NCBI GenBank assembly: GCA_964016885.1
Contig: OZ024743.1
Location: forward strand, 365,552,001-365,616,000
DNA length: 64,000 bases
Source: Eledone cirrhosa
Taxonomy: Eukaryota
Direction: 5' to 3'
Shown: positions 56,063 through 64,000 of the stretch, piece after piece
Position numbering within the stretch: position 1 is the first letter of the stretch
Layout of the letters: the number at the start of each line of letters is the position of its first letter
Notes under the pieces: generated by a model
Seen by the model: only the letters and a program-made list of their open reading frames with translations
What the model was told of the DNA's origin: nothing
The model's database searches: none
Program-made: the position numbers and the translations under genes

Positions 56063-56396
56063 AAGTGGTTTCCTTGTTCATCTTCTTACCAAAAGCCGGA
56101 TATTTTTTATGTAAGCTGACGGTAACTGATTTAGGAGCCGCAGAAACCCAAATGCTGGAATTTACCATCTTTCCAGGGGTCCGGGTAAAATTTTCATTCA
56201 TATATATTTTTATTTGTCTGACCCGAATTCTCTTGGTCGCGTTTTTCGGCTGTGCGAGTGATTGTTTAAACATTGTCTCATTGTGTTGGTATTTAAACGT
56301 TAGTTATAGCTCTGGTTTATCCAAACTATTGAGCACTTTGCCACACATTTCGAAGATTGTGTTTCGTTATTTCGTGGGCCGAGGTTCCGATTACAA

Positions 56397-56445
<49 letters not shown>

Positions 56446-56518
56446 GTCGTGGGATGCTTAAAGCGTCCGTAAGCGGTAGGCCGTTTGAGCACTCGATGCT
56501 CTTACAGAGCAGAGTAAA

Positions 56519-56760
56519 ATATCACATAAGAAACGGAGAATCAGTGGTGCGACGAATAAACTTTATTAGACATATCACAATCGTTTCTCTGTCGGCCAGC
56601 TCGAGGCACGATCGATGCAATGATCGAACCTGACTCTGAAATCGCAAGATCCTCAGATACGTCTCGATTCTACGAAGCAGAGTTTCCAAATGCCCAGAGA
56701 AACGATTGTAACATGTCTAATAAATTTTATTCGTCGCACCACTGATTCTCCGTTTCTTAT

Positions 56761-56767
<7 letters not shown>
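56519..56767. mobile_element. Small fold-back element with an HHR motif (56568-56664, minus strand)
   Basis: ~70-bp inverted arms. Minus strand AGACGTAT-CTGAGGA-(long stem II)-GAAA-CGATTG-TG-ATATGTCT; the other arm keeps CGATTG-TA. Confidence 0.75.
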
Positions 56768-56815
<48 letters not shown>

Positions 56816-57033
56816 GATTGGAAGGTTAGTAAAATCGAAGCTATGGTGGTCGGCCAACATCAGCGAAAGAACAAATTTGGAGTTTGCACGAAGCACTCAA
56901 TAAGAATGTTACACCTTAGAGTAGTAAACACGTTAGATAGCGTGACAAATTGAAAACTGTGGTTAAGGGGACAAAGCCATGGAAGCCACCACACCAACGA
57001 AAATACAATCAGGTTAAATAACAAACCTGGGCC

Positions 57034-57120
<87 letters not shown>

Positions 57121-57504
57121 ACCATATATCCAGAGATGACACAGTATATTGTACATATACTAAATACATATTACAGAGAAGAACATGTATTCAAGATGGA
57201 ATCAAAAGAGACCTTATGGCGCTATTTTATTAACCGTGATTTATTAACAGTGATTTAAAATCGATCTATGTGAACGGTTATCGATCACAAGCTCTCGATT
57301 ATAATTAAACCAAGCAGACTCAGAAAACTCGTCAGGAGTATAGTCTTTAGCATTCTAATGAAAAAATAGAAGCAAGAAAAGAAAGGTATATAGAGCAATA
57401 TACTTGCAGATATCTGGAGAGAGGTTATCGTCGTCGAAGCCGCCGTCGTCGTAGTTGCACCATATGTTTTCCATGCGGTTTTCAATATGTTGTGGCATGT
57501 CAAA

Positions 57505-57760
57505 CGTGACACAACATACAAAAACAAGATGGTGTAGGACAGAAGAAAAAGGAGACGCAAAATAAAAACCCAGTCAGTGAGGAGGTCACAGAATGTGTGA
57601 CGAAAGAGCTTTGACAATATATAAAAAAAAACCTTCCGGCTATCGAACCAACCAACCTACCGGAAATTTATAAATTGAAGTAAAAACCATGAGGTGCGTG
57701 TGTTTTTATTGGCAGCATGAATCTGATCCTAACCCTAAACCTCCCAAAGTATAACAATAT
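57505..57760 (+). mobile_element. Diverged PLE pLTR (family of 29860), HHR core mutated (GTGAGGA)
   Basis: gtca-gtgagga-ggtcacagaatgtgtgac-gaaa-gagc-tt-tgac at 57573-57615, with the shared 3' end cctcccaaagtataacaatat. Confidence 0.75.
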
Positions 57761-57869
57761 CTGTTTCAACACGTTTTCAGATAAGAAATCTTGCAAAACA
57801 AATTCAAAAACGAAGTATATATAAATATATATAAATATATATACTTCACTTTTGAATTTGTTTTGCAAG

Positions 57870-57966
<97 letters not shown>

Positions 57967-58002
57967 CGTGTGCGTGCATGTGTGTGTGCGTGCGTGTATG
58001 CG

Positions 58003-58200
58003 CGAGGGTTGGCTGAAAAGTTCATAGGCTGACTATGAAGGATTGATGCTAGAACTGTGAAATCTTGCCTGCATTCATTTCAACTCTTCTTATTAATAAC
58101 TACAATGATTCTTTCTAGGGACTATGTTGAAAACTAAACCTCATTTGGTCATTCCATGAGAGTATATTAGCCCGCCTTTGTACTTTTCAGCCTATGAAGT
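58003..58200. mobile_element. Possible mariner-type MITE relic
   Basis: cgagggttggctgaaaagt start, with inverted acttttcagcc near 58182. Confidence 0.4.
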
Positions 58201-58535
58201 ATATGTATGTAGGTATGTATATATGTATGTATGTATGTAAGCATGTATGTATTATGTATATGTGTATGTATGTATGTAAGCGTGTATGTATGTAAGCATG
58301 TCGGGTCACTCTTGAGTGGTACTGATAACATGTAACCCAGTACAACCTGTCGCATGGTCGGGTCGTCAGCGACTTAATCGGTGATTAAGTCAGTGATTTT
58401 GGACACGCTGCTGGACAAAAAACGAAACCTGACAAAGGTCGGAAGAGTCAATGGCCATCCAAAAGTGTGTAAATATGTATATACACGTGTACATATGTAT
58501 ATATATATACATGGGTGCATGTGTATGTATATGCA

Positions 58536-58885
58536 CGGGGACATAGAAATAGTCGGGCTGCATACCCGATCGCGCGGTTAAACTACTGGGAGTGAAGGAC
58601 CCCTAGCCTTTGTCAGGGCATTCTTCTAGGAGAAGGCAACTCAGGAAACTGGGATAACTCCGATATAAAACCTGCGGCTCAGTAGTTACTGATGATGTTG
58701 ATCTTTTCTTCTTTTCGGGTTATAGTTACTGTCGCTCAGAGAGTGTGATTGGCTCAGTGCACAGTCTTTCTTCACTTTAAAAAAAATCTTCACGCACAGG
58801 CATTGCACAATAGAATTAATTAATAATTATTAATAATGGTATATCGTGCAATGGCCATACTCGATAACGAGGGGGCAGCCATCAT
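58536..58885 (+). mobile_element. Bipartite non-autonomous derivative of the 42-46 kb RTE family
   Basis: 58536-58835 aligns to the RTE 5' UTR 42451-42750 and is joined directly to the RTE 3' tail (atcgtgcaatggccatactcgataacgag.gggcagccatcat + (TATG)n). Confidence 0.88.
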
Positions 58886-59569
58886 GTATGTATGTATGCA
58901 TGTAATATATCTTTACCCGCAATGTTTGCTTGGTGTTGGTATATTTACTGTAAGATCTATAATAATAGCTATTGTTATTAAAGTGTTATGGACATCGAAT
59001 CAATTTCCCAACAAATACAATTTGAAATACATATATCTGACAAGAATAAGTAGCAAAGATTTTTCTCTTTTGCCACGATCGATGCAAAGTATTAAAGTTT
59101 CCCTTTTTCGTTTTTTAGCTACTTGAGAAATAGTTAGACTGTATATTTAAGTGGATATACATAATTATGTGTAACTTAATATCTAAACATCTCACGCTTC
59201 TCATTTCTCATTCTGTTTACCCTTCTCTCATACACTCTCTCCCCCACCCCTTTTTCCCAACTCACCTTGCTCTCCCTCTCTCTCCCTGCACACACACACT
59301 CTCTCTCTATGTAAATGTGTTTGTGTATATAAATACATATATACAAATATTACACACAAACACGCGTGCGCGCACACACATACATAAAACTAAGTACATT
59401 CATATATATATATATATATATATATGGATATAAATCTAAAGTCTGTCTTAAACCAGAAGGCTCATTTGGCCGGTGCTTATCCCGGTTTCATGGCGTGAAA
59501 CGACTGAAAGTACAAGACTCCCCGCTAGATAGATAGCTAGCTAGCTAGATAGATAGCTAGCTAGCTAGC

Positions 59570-59619
<50 letters not shown>

Positions 59620-59620
<1 letters not shown>

Positions 59621-59900
59621 CTTTCTTTTTATTTGCCACCAGGGCATCAAAAGTGGGACAAGTACAAAGGGGGGAGTTTACATGCAAAGGCTTCCTCAAT
59701 ATGGAGGAGGCAATAACAAGATATAAAAGTATAAAAATAAAATAAAATATAACAAAATAAATTTTGTAACAAAATCCTCAATAGGGAGGAAGCGCCTTGG
59801 GGGGTCGCACACACCCCCGAAAAAAAGTGTGCAACCCTTCTCCTCAGGAGCACTGAGAGGGGGTGCTTCCTTGGTTTTTCATCTTCCTCACTTATAGTCT
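59620..59900 (-). mobile_element. 3' end of a Tx1-like LINE inserted in (GATA)n
   Basis: The minus strand resembles the 3' UTR of the 13.5 and 16.9 kb copies (ccctattg.gga...atgtaaac...tgtccc...gtggcaaataaa). (AGAT)n on both flanks. Confidence 0.6.
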
Positions 59901-60233
59901 GATATAGATAGATAGCTAGCTAGATAGATAGATATATGTATGTATAAATGTGTGTGTGTGTGTGCATGTGTGTGTCTGCGCGCGTGTGTATGTGTGTAAG
60001 TTCGTCGGATGGAATTACCTGTAATTCAAATGCAGCAGCGTGTGATACTATTATGCACTAATTGCGCATGAGCATTGTGTTAATATGAGCGTGCATGTGG
60101 AACACTCAACTATCTCCACATTCATTCGATGAGTAGGTATTTCAGTTGATCGATTAATTGCTATACTCATCATCAACACAGAGATCCATATATTCTTATA
60201 CAAACGCCCACACTAGAATATATATGTATACAT

Positions 60234-60334
<101 letters not shown>

Positions 60335-60349
60335 TATATATACATATGA

Positions 60350-60380
<31 letters not shown>

Positions 60381-60480
60381 TATATATATATACATATGAA
60401 TATATATATATATATATATGAATATATATATATATATATATATATATAGAAAGGATAAAAAGGACGATTGATTATTCAAT

Positions 60481-60527
<47 letters not shown>

Positions 60528-60556
60528 TATATATACACACACACACACATATATAT

Positions 60557-60622
<66 letters not shown>

Positions 60623-60627
60623 GAATT

Positions 60628-60669
<42 letters not shown>

Positions 60670-61111
60670 ACGAAGGAAGTGTGGTAAGGAACCAGATAGA
60701 CCATAACGCACCAGAGTACTCAATACTTAGGGTAGTAGAGTGGGTAATGGGAAAATGTTCAAGACCCCGACGGCAGAGCTCAAGTCGTTTCGACGGCTAT
60801 TGAACATTTTCCTATATATACATACATATATGAAAGATTCTGGACACCGATGGCTGAGCTCCGGCCGTTTAAACATCTAGATCCGAACTGGATCTAGGAT
60901 CCAGTTTAAAACTAGTTTAACCGTTACTCACCAGTGCACTCGATACTTGGGTTGGTAGAGTGGGGCTATATCATAAAGAGTCGAGAGCCGACGGCTGGGC
61001 GCTTGTCGTTCCCTTTTAACACCTAGTTTCGGACCTCATATATTTGTGTGTGTGAGTGTGTGTGTGTGTGTGTGTATGTGTGTGGGGGGGTGGGGGTGCG
61101 TGTGTGCGAGT

Positions 61112-61148
<37 letters not shown>

Positions 61149-61208
61149 AGAAGAAGAAGAAGAAGAAGAAATAAGTGAGAGGTTCGTATACAAAGGTAAA
61201 TTTATGTG

Positions 61209-61276
<68 letters not shown>

Positions 61277-61694
61277 TATATATCTCGGTAATTTTGCCTG
61301 CCCTAGAAAATTCATATATATATATATACATACATACATACCAGAACATACATACGTATTGTGAGTGAATAAATATACGTAGAGATAATTGTGTGCATAT
61401 GTATGTGAGACCATGAAAATATGTAAATCGATGGTTTCGGGTGTAGTTTGCTTCATAGACACTTAACCACCATACATTTAAAGGAAATGCAACTTAGTTT
61501 TGTTCATTGGCAAATAAGAGGAAATAATTTTCACAGAAGAATTTATAAGGAGATGATAGACAAGAATGCCAATATGTCTGCAATTTCGCCAATTATTCCT
61601 GACCGATGCTATTATTCTATTCGTCATCCTTACCCGTAAGGGTTTTCGAAACTACACGCACGCACACACACGCACACACAGAGAGCTATATATA

Positions 61695-61748
<54 letters not shown>

Positions 61749-61780
61749 TGCACACACACACACGCACACACAGAGGGCAG

Positions 61781-61818
<38 letters not shown>

Positions 61819-61849
61819 TGCACACACACACACGCACACACAGAGGGCA

Positions 61850-61899
<50 letters not shown>

Positions 61900-62705
61900 G
61901 CACACAGTTCTCTTCATTTTTCTCTCTCTCTCACTCTCTCTCACTCTTTGTGTCTTTCTTTACTTTTCTTTCCCTCTCCAAGTATATCTACTACGCCCTC
62001 CAATTCTATGTTGTTTCTTTTCTCTTCATTATACTTAATTTCCCTTCCTTTTAGGCTCCAGGCATTTCTAGTAGCACTAAAAATTACTTCATACTAAAAC
62101 CACCATTTTCTCCAATAGAGAATTTTGAGATCATTCATTATCGTTCACTTTATCCTCTTATTAACAATGTCCCACGTTTTAACCTGCAAACCTGTCCATT
62201 ATAAACTCGGACAAGATTGCCACTCCAATTTCTTAGTGAATGTTTCTGCAATGATATCGGTTCCAAAATCAGACTGGCTCGAAGCTATTGCCAACCACTT
62301 AGTGTATACACTTCACCCTGGTGCTATTATACTGATAAACCAACATCGTTGAAAAATAAATGGTCGGACAAACCTCCGGTTTCACTTAAGTCTGAAAGCT
62401 TTCCAATTTGGTTTCGATAAAGGAGTTTTGGTCGTTGGTCTGACAAGAAAATTGGCAATCCCAAATCAATTTTGGAAATATTTTATTTTCAATTTTTTTT
62501 TTCACCTATCGAATAAACAAGAAAGTAACCCGCATGTATGTGTTTGTGTGCGCGTATGTTAGTCTGTGTCTTTGTGTGCCAGTGTTCGTGCGTGTTTATA
62601 TATATATATATATATTGCTGTTGAAAGGAGCTCATCTGTCGGAGTCCCGTATTTTTCATATACATATATATATGTATAAACATACATATATACATACATA
62701 CATAG

Positions 62706-62838
<133 letters not shown>

Positions 62839-62849
62839 GAGAGAGAGAT

Positions 62850-64000
62850 TTTGAGTATATGTTGGTTGTATACCAACACCTCAGTATGCAGGCTGGAGCA
62901 CTCGACGAAGTGCGCACAACCAGAAGATGGCAATACAAGCACTCAGCAGAACCATGTGAAAGGAGGGAAGGGGGGACCCAGAGCCCACCCAAGAAACCCA
63001 AACAGACCCGGGGACTCCCCACCGTGCCTGGGGGAAGACCAACATATAACACATAACGGGAACCCTAATCTAGGCACGCATAGGTCGACCACCCTCTGCA
63101 ACTGCAGAAACCCCGAATCATGCCCCCCCCCGGTAATGAATGCCTCAAGAAGAACCTAGTATACGGTTGTAGGGTTTTAACTCCGAACACCTCTATATAG
63201 GAGCCACATCAACGAGTTTTAAAGACCGCTGGTACAACCATCGCCATTCATTCAATAAGGAGGCCAAAAGGAAAAGCACGGCTCTCTCCGACCTGATCTG
63301 GAAGCTTAAGCTGGACAGGACCCCGTACTTTCTGGCCTGGTACATAATCAGGAAAGTACCACCCGATAAAGGGGGATCTTGCATATGCAAACTATGCCTG
63401 AACGAGACCCTCGAGATACTAAGAGGTGGAAGCGGCCTGATAAACCTCAGAACCGACTTCTTCGGGACATGCAGACACCTTAGATATATGGACATTAGCA
63501 GCACAAGAAGATGTGAACTCCCCTCAAGCTATAGGGACTTCTACAGAACATGTAAACACCTCTCGGCCAGACCTCCCTCAAGCTATATGGGCAGTAACAA
63601 CGCCCTAGGTTGTGAACTCCCCTTTAGCCATAGGGAACAACCCAGACTGAGCAGACACCATGATAGCCTAGAGATTGAATCGGACACAGCCATTATAATT
63701 TGGCCAACATCTATATAACACAAACACCTTTTAATTCACTTGATTTCTGATTTTCAAGTTCCAATTTTAAATCTTGATTTCTCTTTATTAATTTGTTATT
63801 TGTTTTCTGCCCTCTTCACTGTATCACCTTATATTTTTAAGTTGAAATTGATTATAACACAAACACATTTTGTTTGATTATCTTATTTTAACATCTTGTC
63901 CCTCATACCAATCTATCCAACATATTTCTGACCTTGAGATTGGTTATAGCACACACACTTTATCCTACTTTATTTGAATCTTCATTTTATTTTTCACTTC
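62850..64000 (+). mobile_element. 5'-truncated PLE 4 (Naiad-like GIY-YIG C-terminus) beginning at a (TA)n tract
   Basis: [10 protein letters not shown]..., then after a frameshift [14 protein letters not shown]...YIGATSTSFKDRWYNHRHSF...STALSDLIWKLK...CKLCLNE...CRH (~63095-63490). Confidence 0.85.

Noticed and set aside
60749-60812. Hairpin ggaaaatgttcaa/ttgaacattttcc enclosing a GAAAC motif
   Set aside because: No CUGANGA partner, so it cannot be assigned to a ribozyme class.

Overview
Eukaryotic, AT-rich, microsatellite-dense intergenic or intronic DNA. I recognise no host gene; the SINE family and repeat landscape suggest an octopod cephalopod (inference). Most ORFs in the track are microsatellite artefacts. 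The window is a nest of retroelements: four Naiad-like Penelope-like elements (PLEs; RT and/or GIY-YIG) plus Neptune-like PLE fragments, one near-full-length RTE LINE with non-autonomous derivatives, two tandem RT-deleted L1/Tx1 elements, R4/Dong-like fragments, many tRNA-derived SINEs and a few DNA-transposon relics. The strongest signal is non-coding. At least 8 different families of type I hammerhead ribozyme (HHR) motifs sit in short, often fold-back elements inserted in (TA)n tracts. The clearest is an apparently identical 310-bp tandem array (33361-35104) with five minus-strand HHRs plus an inverted, circularly permuted monomer, which looks like a retrozyme/circRNA-type element. All folds and alignments were done by eye, and element boundaries are approximate unless a TSD is given.
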